Of a DNA stretch of 23,617 bases, positions 16,501-23,617 are shown in pieces. The position numbers and the translations under genes are program-made. The notes beneath the pieces were generated by a model, which was not told the origin of the DNA, did no database searches, and saw only the letters and a list, made by a program, of their open reading frames with translations. Every line of letters begins with the position of its first letter. Position 1 is the stretch's first letter. This DNA comes from Polyangiales bacterium (GTDB lineage: Bacteria; Myxococcota_A; Polyangia; Polyangiales; Houyiibacteriaceae). The stretch lies in contig JBGCFM010000144.1 of NCBI GenBank assembly GCA_045106895.1, positions 1 through 23,617 on the forward strand. Direction: 5' to 3'.

Positions 16501-19500
16501 CGCGCCTTCGGATGCCGCCACGGCCATCGGTGACCTGCTCACTCATGGGCCTCCAGCTTCGACACCGCCGGACACCCTCGCGGCGCTCCTCAACGAGGCA
16601 ACGAGCACGTTGGCTGCGAAGGAACTGAAGCGCGCACTCGAACTTCCCATCTTCCGAGATGCTCAAGGCACGCAACGGCCCTTGGCCTCATGGTCCGCGT
16701 CTCGCCCAGACGCGTGTCATCGCCCCGGCGCGCTTCGCTCTTTGCTTCATGCGGGGAGCGTTCCACTGCTCTCGGGCGAGGATGAGCTCCTCTTCGCCAA
16801 GTTCCTCTACGCCGTTGGCCCGGCGCCGGCGAGCTCCGCCGATCTCGTGCGATGTCTGCAAGACGATGAAGCGCTCCTCAGCGAGCCGGAGGCTGTTCGC
16901 ATCGCTCTCCAAGACCACGGAGACGCCCTTGATGCAGAGGCCCGTGATGTTCTACGGAGCTTTCCAATTTTCGAGAACGCGGCCGGCGAGACCCTCGCCG
17001 CCTCCGCGCTCTGTAGCTCTGAAGAGCTGTCTGCATTCTTGAACGAAGAAGAGATGCAGCAGCTTGGTCTTGAGAAATTCCTCGTCGGCGCTTCCCAAGA
17101 AGCGCTCGTTCGGCAGCTGGGTTTGTCGCTGCGCCCAATCGGGGAGCTCGTCACAGAGAAGATGCTCTGCTCCCTGGTGGGTGAGCAACTCCTCGCCCAG
17201 CAGCCGGAGCCGTGGCGCACGCGCTCTGCTCTCGCTCGCCTCTATGGCCTCGCCGTGCATGCAGGCATCGACGCGAGCGTCTGGCCGCTCAGCCTCGACA
17301 ACGACACGGTCCTTACGAAGGAGCGAGTGGCGAGTGCGAGTGCTGCCACGCGGGCCCTGCTCTCCGCATTGTCCATCGATGCGCGATTTGCCGATGACGC
17401 ATGGAGCATGTTGCTCATGGAGGAAGGGCGAGACGAGCGCCTCGAAGAGATCCCGATACGAAGCGTCACGGGCGTACTCCACTCGGAGTGCCCGGACGAG
17501 CTGCCCGTGGAAGGCCACCCGCTCCTTCACGACCCATCGCTGGTCTTCGACTGGCTGATGGAAAATTACGAGGCCATCGAAGAGGACGAGGACGCCCTCG
17601 CTGCGCTCTCCTCCTCCGCCATCATCCCCTCGCAGAAGCGCACCTTTCGTTGTCCAAAAGACCTGGTCCTAGACGCGTCGGTTCCGGAGCTGGGCCTAAG
17701 CTGGGGAATCTCCCGAGACGTTCCGAGCGCCCTGGCAAGCTGGCTCGCTCGCACCTTTGAGCTGGACCGGCGCCAGCGGCGGAACGTTATCGACCATGTG
17801 CTCTCGGGGCTCGACGCCGCGGCGGAGGCCGATGACGCGGCGCGCGCTTCCGAGCTGATCGCTTTTCTCGCGAGCGCCCTTGGAGCCGGAGACCTGAGCC
17901 CGGAGGCGCTGGCGGAGCGAGCGACGCACACGAAGGTACGGGCGCGACTGCGGGTCCCGCTACGAGAAGGCGAATGGGACAAGCCGCGCCGCGCGCGCCT
18001 GGTGGATGCTGACGGCGACCTCGTCGATGAGTTCTGCGTGGATCCGCCCGGTCGCATCGCCCTCACACAGCTGGACGCACCGTCGCGGGCGCTCCTCGTC
18101 GCTTGCGGTGCAACGGCGGGGCTGAGCGACAAGACCGTGCGCTCATGCCTCGCCGGCGACGGGCTCAAGCCAGGTGCCGCGCCGCGCCGCGCTCTCGCCC
18201 GCTATGTCGCGCGGCTCGCCACGTCGCTGCCGCGCCTAAGACACACGTGGGGCCTCGATGAGGTCGCGTGGGTGCCGAATCGCGCGGGCGAGCTCGCGCG
18301 AGCCAGTGCGCTCTTGTGGCCAGATGAGCTCGCGCAGACGCTCTTGGGGCACTCCGCGGAGCGCTTTCCTGCGGACGAGGTTGTCGTGGGTCTCCCCGAG
18401 AATGCGGCGCCGACGTTGGGCTTCAAACGCGCGGCGGACCTGACGCTCTCGGAAGCCTCCGAGCTCGTCCACCTTGAGGCGGCTTCACCCGAGCTCCTGG
18501 ACTGGCTTGAAGACGGGCTCTCGTCGAAGCGCTTCTCAGCCGCGGACGTGCGCGCCACGTTTGCGAACAAGCTACGTATGCGAGACGACGCCGGTGAGCT
18601 CCGCGTGGCGTCAGAGTTGGCCCTCGACGGCGCCCGGGCGCTCTTCGGACCGTGGCGCGGTGACTTCTCAGGTGGTGCGCGTCTGCCTTTGCTGTCCAGA
18701 GCGCTCTCCATCCCGGCTCGGCCAAACGCGGCCATGGTCCTTTCGTTCCTTGAAGAGATCTCCCGCCCGACGGAGCCCGAAGATCATGGGCTGTACGAGA
18801 TTCTCCCGCGCTGCCTCGAGGCGCTGGCGGAAGCGAATGACGCTGCGGGCCTTCGGCTCCCGCAAGGCTGTCTCGTCGCGGGGCGACGCGACGGCGCGCT
18901 TGTGCTCGGGCGAATATCGGATGGTGATGTCCGCACCTTCGCGCCGCGCGCGCTCGCAGAGGCGCTACCCGAATCTGCCCTCGCGGAGCTGACGGAACTT
19001 CTCCCAAGCGCGGAAGGCGACGAGGTCCTCGGGGAGCTCCTCTCGCGCTCCGGCGCTCGCGACCTGTGGTGCGATTTTCAAGTACAAGAGCTCGTCGCCG
19101 GGCCCTCCCAGCCGCTCAAGAACGAAGCCGAACATCTCTGGGGTGATCTTGCCCGCGCACTAGGAGGCCGCGTCGGTCAAAGCGTGCGCGTCGTCGACCC
19201 GCTCTCGGTTCGTGGAGCTCTCAAGCTCGGCGAGACATGGGTGGAGGTCGATGTGTCGCTGCAGGTGGATGCGCTCGTTCGCGACGACGTTCTTTGGCTC
19301 ACCCCGGCGGCCATCGAGGCCCCGGAGCTTCTTGCGCCGGCCCTGGAGCGTGACCCTGCGCGGAGGAGCGCGATGAGCGCGTGGCTGGATGCGCGAGAGT
19401 GGGCGTCGTTGCCCAAACGTCTTCGCCAGCAGAGCGCCGAATCCAAGCCGCGCGCGACGAGCGTCTTCGACCGCATTCGTGGGTTCTTTCGTGGAGATGC

Positions 19501-20830
19501 GCCGCCGGAAGCAAAGCCGAAACCGAAGGTCCAGCAAGCGACGACGGAGCCAAGGAACGACGAAGGCCTGTTCCGTCCGGAGACCAAAGTTCGTGCGCAG
19601 ATGGGCTCAAGCGAGGGCTGGCTCGAGCGCCGGCGCACTCAACCGGATTTTGGTTTCGCACTCTCGCCGCCGCGTCTGCCAGCGCCTTGGCTCTACGCTC
19701 CGAAGACCATCGCCACCCACTTCCATCGCCGGCGTCAGAGCTGGGATATCGCCACCCTTGTTCCGCCGCCGCCGAGCGCGATGAGTGGTCTGGTGGTGTT
19801 CCGGGGCCAGCTTCCGCGAGGGAGCGTCGTGCTCCCCGTTCCTATGTTCGGCACAGTGGACGATGTCACCGTCGATGGCGTGAGCGTAACGCCTGAGCGT
19901 GGCTCTTTTGGTCAGCACCTCCTCCGACTCGACGTGCCCGCGAAGGTGGTCATGCGCGTCGGACTCGGGCGTGTCCCAGACGTCAGCCGCGCGTTGGCGC
20001 CGCCCGTAGAGGGCGCGTTGGCGTCTGTGGTTCCCGACGACGAGCTGCCCGAGGAGGTTCATGACTTTCTCCACGACCTGGATGGTGACGCCCCGCCTTT
20101 CGAGCGAGCGCTGCAGATTCGCGACTTCATCCGCGAGCGCTACCGCTATGACCCGAGCTACTTGGAAGACGCAGGTCTCGGCCGTTGGCTGGCGCGCGTC
20201 ACGCGCGGCCGCGCGAACGCGCACATCGCTGCACTCCATGTGGGCGGCGACGAAAGACATCTGGGCGCAGGGGTCTGCTACGAGCTGAACGCCCTCGCGT
20301 GTGAACTCTTGCGACGCGCCGCCATCCCTGCGGCCATCGCGACGGGCTGGGTGCTAGAAGGAGGGTCCGTGTCGGACCCCGACCATCTTTGGTGCGTAGC
20401 GCTTCTGCAAGACGCGCATGGAGCGCCGCTGTGGCTGCCCGTCGACGCTGCGTCCACTCAGAGTGGACGACCGCTGCGCATCGCTCGGCGACCTGCGGGC
20501 CGTTTTCGTGCGCCAAAAGACCCGCGCGCGAAGGCGCCGCAAGCGCCGGACTGGGAAGTGGAGAAGGGTGACTCGGCACGCTCCGGCGCGGAGAGTCGGC
20601 GTTCAACGACGCGAGCGCAGAGCCGCGCCGGAAGAAGAAAACGTGCCGCCAAGACGCCCAAGAAGAGGCCGCCGCGGGTTCCGCGAACGGAGCTTCTTCG
20701 GGTGATGCGTCACCTGGAACGGCTCGCTGGGCAAGCTCTGAGCGAAGAAGAGAGAGCCCAAGTTCGCGAGGCCCTCGAAGACCCTAAGGCCGCATCGAGA
20801 CTCTTGGCGCGCATCCGCGCCCTCGACTAG
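13532..20830 (+). CDS. 2432-aa sacsin/NOV-like GHKL ATPase + tandem repeats + C-terminal transglutaminase-like domain
   Basis: FELLQNADDA (E at 14162), HDGKLF, IGQTTK-x3-QIGFFGVGFKSVY; sacsin-type middle module YAFLPT..TGL..VHARFDVTLDRERL..WNDELL; C-terminal GVCYELN / PDHLW / WLPVDA. GAGG RBS upstream of GTG 13532. Confidence 0.88.
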   Translation: MTIPFDRLPFRALLARIQEAASVDESAALGLLRSAGGMPDSEPLTRLVGVLAEAGRMNEALTHELWAQSATLSGPALQYLLHDAGTGEQTQEVLRGLVMNALRTWPIARISAIALLTRWLRRRFPGDYAEFLESSSTRIEKGSYDARSLLFASGATLQRLAQDTAWRPLVTEALSEAIDALANAPKSISQANAESLLARRVYADPGHFFFELLQNADDAEASSWRASVCSESVSIKHDGKLFSFHDVVGLLSIGQTTKRKDQIGFFGVGFKSVYEICERPRVRSGIFDFEIAHVSIPRSLSEGPVTGPPSLSGETVLDLPYASGVDVSALFRKALAIPPETLLTLPNVRALAVSSDTDSSWSWEEEWHEDVATLRRITGETRRYLCAREDFTFVGEREAGRSHACTLLVAVAIEEDGAPRPMQGSTLYAFLPTAQHTGLRCMVHARFDVTLDRERLERDSSWNDELLRAAGRAFADLVIKLVRAGHAVLPVLSAPSERAPMAAPFAKALRESLKRHPCLVGADGELVAPAAARLVRAELCVPLAGVDLGDRHRALGPLSAREEEIALSLGASPFTNVDLVHFSKRTLIAGEPPPGWYKRAPESAEPNSAVHVSIGEAKVSDEILVSIPLLMDGAGLLRSSEDAMEARSEWAALYAGIRPLVDELFLRSLPASLRARLSVTRFEPTTLLEDLRDEALGAALLTREDALLRAMSTLEMAQLHAFAGYAILRTSDGSRRALSDGVFRLHPSLASVREIIAKRVPLVAAELAERFDGLVTSWVPVFGLAELAKLLPRVGSKSAGEVEWDDASLGAVVELLGGASGSMSRDLAGELLGAAIFRDVHGARRPLVGPGRALIPTDKALLHLLPGWPWVSSPAGAFVQGAGAREVRASDVAAAFAANADEWPVADDEWAPALAWLSEHADRLSSRDAVGLLSSRVWLDEEEKRRGVAALRLPGGSDVVDALFRSMDRRFVAHPASVALAVALGSATQIAPSDAATAIGDLLTHGPPASTPPDTLAALLNEATSTLAAKELKRALELPIFRDAQGTQRPLASWSASRPDACHRPGALRSLLHAGSVPLLSGEDELLFAKFLYAVGPAPASSADLVRCLQDDEALLSEPEAVRIALQDHGDALDAEARDVLRSFPIFENAAGETLAASALCSSEELSAFLNEEEMQQLGLEKFLVGASQEALVRQLGLSLRPIGELVTEKMLCSLVGEQLLAQQPEPWRTRSALARLYGLAVHAGIDASVWPLSLDNDTVLTKERVASASAATRALLSALSIDARFADDAWSMLLMEEGRDERLEEIPIRSVTGVLHSECPDELPVEGHPLLHDPSLVFDWLMENYEAIEEDEDALAALSSSAIIPSQKRTFRCPKDLVLDASVPELGLSWGISRDVPSALASWLARTFELDRRQRRNVIDHVLSGLDAAAEADDAARASELIAFLASALGAGDLSPEALAERATHTKVRARLRVPLREGEWDKPRRARLVDADGDLVDEFCVDPPGRIALTQLDAPSRALLVACGATAGLSDKTVRSCLAGDGLKPGAAPRRALARYVARLATSLPRLRHTWGLDEVAWVPNRAGELARASALLWPDELAQTLLGHSAERFPADEVVVGLPENAAPTLGFKRAADLTLSEASELVHLEAASPELLDWLEDGLSSKRFSAADVRATFANKLRMRDDAGELRVASELALDGARALFGPWRGDFSGGARLPLLSRALSIPARPNAAMVLSFLEEISRPTEPEDHGLYEILPRCLEALAEANDAAGLRLPQGCLVAGRRDGALVLGRISDGDVRTFAPRALAEALPESALAELTELLPSAEGDEVLGELLSRSGARDLWCDFQVQELVAGPSQPLKNEAEHLWGDLARALGGRVGQSVRVVDPLSVRGALKLGETWVEVDVSLQVDALVRDDVLWLTPAAIEAPELLAPALERDPARRSAMSAWLDAREWASLPKRLRQQSAESKPRATSVFDRIRGFFRGDAPPEAKPKPKVQQATTEPRNDEGLFRPETKVRAQMGSSEGWLERRRTQPDFGFALSPPRLPAPWLYAPKTIATHFHRRRQSWDIATLVPPPPSAMSGLVVFRGQLPRGSVVLPVPMFGTVDDVTVDGVSVTPERGSFGQHLLRLDVPAKVVMRVGLGRVPDVSRALAPPVEGALASVVPDDELPEEVHDFLHDLDGDAPPFERALQIRDFIRERYRYDPSYLEDAGLGRWLARVTRGRANAHIAALHVGGDERHLGAGVCYELNALACELLRRAAIPAAIATGWVLEGGSVSDPDHLWCVALLQDAHGAPLWLPVDAASTQSGRPLRIARRPAGRFRAPKDPRAKAPQAPDWEVEKGDSARSGAESRRSTTRAQSRAGRRKRAAKTPKKRPPRVPRTELLRVMRHLERLAGQALSEEERAQVREALEDPKAASRLLARIRALD
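15080..19080 (+). repeat. About 13 degenerate ~105-aa protein repeats within the giant ORF
   Basis: A hydrophobic-x-[D/N/S]-x-x-G-type motif recurs at 15080, 15410, 15707, 16031, 16337, 16643, 16961, 17282, 17618, 17948, 18263, 18572 and 18869 (spacing 99-112 codons). Not visible as a DNA-level repeat. Confidence 0.7.
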
Positions 20831-20882
20831 CTTATGGAAACGCCAGCCGTAGACCCGCGGGTCCACAACGCCGAAGGAACTC

Positions 20883-21233
20883 GTGGCCAAGAAGCCTAAG
20901 CCCAAGAGAAAGTCTCCCAAGAAGTCGCGACCGCGGACGTTGCGCCGCGTTCAAGAGAGACGACTTCGAAAGCTCGTCGCTGAACGACTCGAGCTTGCGG
21001 CGCTCGAGCCAGGTGGGAGCACGGGACGGCCCCTCGAGGTGAGTAGCGCGGCCATTGTGGAGTCACGGGCGGCGGCCCTGGGCTGCGCCATCTGCGCGGG
21101 TGCGCTTCGTTCGCTCTCCCATGACGCCAGCACCGTGGACGGGGTTTCGCTACGGAAAGTGAAAGCGCGCTGCGTCCAGTGCGAGAGCGAGCGGACCGTG
21201 TGGGTTCGAATCGTCGCGCCTATGATCAACTGA
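20883..21233 (+). CDS. Small basic zinc-ribbon protein
   Basis: Lys/Arg-rich N-terminus, CAIC and CVQC pairs, GAAGGA RBS upstream of GTG; 52 bp downstream of the giant gene. Confidence 0.8.
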   Translation: MAKKPKPKRKSPKKSRPRTLRRVQERRLRKLVAERLELAALEPGGSTGRPLEVSSAAIVESRAAALGCAICAGALRSLSHDASTVDGVSLRKVKARCVQCESERTVWVRIVAPMIN

Positions 21234-21257
21234 ACCGAGGTCGCTCCGAAGGCGTGT

Positions 21258-22193
21258 TCAGCGAGCCCTACCTGCGCCCGCGACACCAACGGGGAGTTCC
21301 CAGACGACTCCGCCAAAGAGCTGTGTGGCGTAAATTGAAGTCCGGTTGAACTCTCCTTCGCCGAACGCGAGGCTCGCGACGAAGGGCATGTTTTCAGCGA
21401 CGAGGACGACCTCGTTCGTCGCGGGGTCGATGCGCCACACTTCGCCGTCGACGTTTGCTGCGACGTAGAGGCGGCCGAGGGCGTCGAGGGTGACGCCATC
21501 GTTAGCACCCGAGCCGCCGAGGCTCGCGAGGAGCTCCGGGGTGCCGGGGCCCTCGGGGTTCAAGGGCACGCGCCAGACGCGGTCGTCGAAGACAAAGGAA
21601 GGATCCACCTGGGAGAACGTCTGGGCCACGTAGAGTTCGCTCCCGTCGAGGGATTCGACGATGCCGTTTGGCGACTGGATCCCTTGGAGGAACGTCGTGA
21701 GCTCTCCGCTCGGGCTGACGGCGTAGATGATGTCCGTGAAGTCGTCGCTCACGAGGAGGCTTCCGTCCGCGCGAACGTGGATGAAGTTGGGGTCGCCGAT
21801 GCCCGTCGTCACCGTGCTCACCTCGCCGGCGGGGGTCAGGCTCACGACGGACCCATCCGTGTTTTCACCATCGACGTTGAACGCGAGGGGGCCGAACTCA
21901 CCGACGAGGATCTCACTCGCACCTCGCGCTGCGAGACCCACCGGCCTCACGAGGTCGGCGACCATCGTCGGGGTGCCGTCCGTGTCGATCTCCCAGACGT
22001 CTGAGTCCGCCACTACGTACAGACGACCTTCGCCGTTGAACACGATCCCCTCTGCGGTCTCGAACGCGCCCGCGACGAGCTCGATGGGCGTCACCGGGAG
22101 CACCACCTCCACCTCTGTCTCCGTGCCGCACCCGAGGTTGAGCGAGAGGCTGAGCAAAAGGCACCCGGCCGACATGTGCAGTGGTCTGTTCAT
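21258..22193 (-). CDS. SMP-30/gluconolactonase/LRE-family beta-propeller lipoprotein
   Basis: Lipobox NLGC; blade motifs AEGIVF, PNGI-x-x-SLDG..LYVA, DGVTLDALGRLYVA and SLAFG. Confidence 0.88.
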   Translation of the reverse strand: MNRPLHMSAGCLLLSLSLNLGCGTETEVEVVLPVTPIELVAGAFETAEGIVFNGEGRLYVVADSDVWEIDTDGTPTMVADLVRPVGLAARGASEILVGEFGPLAFNVDGENTDGSVVSLTPAGEVSTVTTGIGDPNFIHVRADGSLLVSDDFTDIIYAVSPSGELTTFLQGIQSPNGIVESLDGSELYVAQTFSQVDPSFVFDDRVWRVPLNPEGPGTPELLASLGGSGANDGVTLDALGRLYVAANVDGEVWRIDPATNEVVLVAENMPFVASLAFGEGEFNRTSIYATQLFGGVVWELPVGVAGAGRAR

Positions 22194-22325
22194 GAAGCGA
22201 GGGTAGCGACTTCGCCGTCGCTTTCAACGCGGTCCTCCGAAGGGCCGGGGTCATAGTCGGGTGCCATTCCGACTCGCGCCACACTCGTTGGGGCGGGCTT
22301 GCGGGCCATATGATACGAAGGAAAC

Positions 22326-23617
22326 GTGACCTCATCACTCCGATACAGTCTGCTCGCGCTTTGGCTTCTTAGCGCCTGTGGTGACGACGACGGCGTCCTC
22401 GACGCTTCGTCGCCCGACGCCGTCGACGCTGCCGTCTTGGATGCGGCGGGTCTGGATGCCGCGGACCTGGACGCGTCCGAGCTGGACGCGGAGGTCCCGC
22501 CGGATGTCCCGGCCGTGAACTGTGGGCCCATCGACGAGCAAGCGGAGTGGACGTTGTGCGCTTCCAGCGCGAGCACCTGCGAAGGCGTCTTCGAAGACAG
22601 CGCTGGGTGCGAAGCGTTCTGTGCCTCCGTCGGTCTCCCCTGCCTCACCGCGTATGATGACAACGAGGGCATGTGCACGCCGAATACCACGCTCCCCGAG
22701 CTCGGCTGTGGCGCGACCGGGCACATCTCGGACTACTGCGTTTGCGGCGGAGAATGTGTCCCCGCTTGTGGCGAGCGCGAGTGCGGCATGGACGGCTGCG
22801 GCGGCACTTGCGGAACGTGCGATGGCGACGAGAGCTGCACTGCGGGCGTCTGCGAAGAGCAAAGCGGTGAGCTAAAGGCGTTTCCGTCGGCTTTTGGTGC
22901 CGGCGCGTACGTCACCGGCGGACGCGGCGGGCGTGTCGTTCACGTGACGACACTCGCGGACAGTGGACCTGGGAGTTTCCGCGAAGCGCTCGCCCTCGAC
23001 GAGCCGAGGACCATCGTCTTTGACGTCGCGGGCGTGATCCTACTCGAGAGTATTCTTGCAGACGTCGCAGACAACCTGACCGTCGCGGGCCAGACCGCTC
23101 CTGCCGGCGGCATCACCGTGGACGGCCAGCGCGTCTACCTCGCCGATGTCGACAACATCATCTTTCGCTACATTCGTTTTCGAGGCGGCATCGACGGGGA
23201 CAACGACTCGTTTACGGCGGTCGGTGACATCACCAATCAGATCTTCGATCACTGCTCTTTCGCCTTCGACAACGACGAGACGGCAAGCTGGTACACGCAG
23301 GGGGAGGATGACACCGTCGAGAACCTCACAGTCCAGCGTTGCCTCTTCGGCGAAGGATCCAAGGGCAGCATCATAGGGGGTGGCGAAGGCGTGACCATGG
23401 GAGGCATCTCTGTTCTTCGAAACCTCTTCTACAACCAGAGCCATCGCTACCCCAACGTGCCGAACCACGACGGCGACATCGAGGTCATCAACAACGTTTC
23501 GTGGACGGCTGGGAGTCGCCTAATGCGCGGCGAAGGCGACGGCCGCCTCAATCACATCGGCAACTACAACGACTACGGCACGCGGGCCATCACGGATCGG
23601 CGCATGAATATGTACCA
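22326..23617 (+). CDS. PL1 pectate lyase-like lipoprotein with Cys-rich N-terminal region, 3'-truncated (absent from the ORF track)
   Basis: Manual translation from GTG 22326 (AAGGA upstream, in-frame TGA at 22311): TSSLRYSLLALWLLSAC-GDDD lipobox; from 22878 AFPSAFGAGAYVTGGRGGRVVHVTTLADSGPGSFREA..PRTIVFDVAG..TVAGQTAP..IFDHCS..HRYP. Open to the window end. Confidence 0.9.
   Translation, partial: MTSSLRYSLLALWLLSACGDDDGVLDASSPDAVDAAVLDAAGLDAADLDASELDAEVPPDVPAVNCGPIDEQAEWTLCASSASTCEGVFEDSAGCEAFCASVGLPCLTAYDDNEGMCTPNTTLPELGCGATGHISDYCVCGGECVPACGERECGMDGCGGTCGTCDGDESCTAGVCEEQSGELKAFPSAFGAGAYVTGGRGGRVVHVTTLADSGPGSFREALALDEPRTIVFDVAGVILLESILADVADNLTVAGQTAPAGGITVDGQRVYLADVDNIIFRYIRFRGGIDGDNDSFTAVGDITNQIFDHCSFAFDNDETASWYTQGEDDTVENLTVQRCLFGEGSKGSIIGGGEGVTMGGISVLRNLFYNQSHRYPNVPNHDGDIEVINNVSWTAGSRLMRGEGDGRLNHIGNYNDYGTRAITDRRMNMY
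22398..22493 (+). repeat. Degenerate 15-bp (pentapeptide L-D-A-x-x) coding repeat
   Basis: LDASSPDAVDAAVLDAAGLDAADLDASELDAE. Confidence 0.75.

Noticed and set aside
14609..16675. 688-aa antisense ORF, and other long overlapping ORFs such as 8037-9029(-), 12304-13212(-), 1304-2185(-), 3168-3857(+), 5385-6155(+)
   Set aside because: Shadow ORFs opposite well-supported genes, expected in high-GC DNA; no recognisable motifs.
13513..21257. Giant ATPase locus as a mobile defence island
   Set aside because: No integrase, transposase, tRNA, flanking repeats, other recognisable defence genes or compositional shift visible by eye. A defence role remains only a hypothesis.
22190..23468. Track ORFs on the minus strand (22190-22726, 22335-22862, 23040-23468) and short plus-strand ORFs in this region
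   Set aside because: The region is explained by the plus-strand PL1 lipoprotein starting at 22326.
1..23617. CRISPR array, tRNA or rRNA
   Set aside because: No regularly spaced DNA repeats with spacers, and intergenic gaps are short with no RNA gene signatures.

Overview
GC-rich bacterial chromosomal segment, most likely from a myxobacterium (Myxococcota, Polyangiales/Sandaracinaceae-like). This is inferred from the many Cys-rich lipoproteins with acidic DAG/PDAG linkers and from a sterol reductase. About 19 tightly packed CDSs; no rRNA, tRNA, CRISPR array or mobile element was seen. The left end is a lipid/redox neighbourhood: a 5'-truncated ERG24-type sterol reductase, a siderophore-interacting-type FAD reductase and a VOC protein, facing a Delta9-type desaturase and a TPR-like protein with a terminal CxxCH. 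The middle holds a GAD/CSAD-like PLP decarboxylase, a Tat-exported sulfite-oxidase-family lipoprotein, a DUF2071 protein and several lipoproteins. The standout is a 2432-aa protein (13532-20830): a sacsin/NOV-type HSP90-like GHKL ATPase module, about 13 degenerate ~105-aa tandem repeats, and a C-terminal transglutaminase-like domain with an intact-looking Cys-His-Asp triad, followed by a small basic zinc-ribbon gene. The right end has an SMP-30/gluconolactonase lipoprotein divergent from a 3'-truncated PL1 pectate-lyase-like lipoprotein that is absent from the ORF track. All family calls come from motif recognition by eye, not from database searches.
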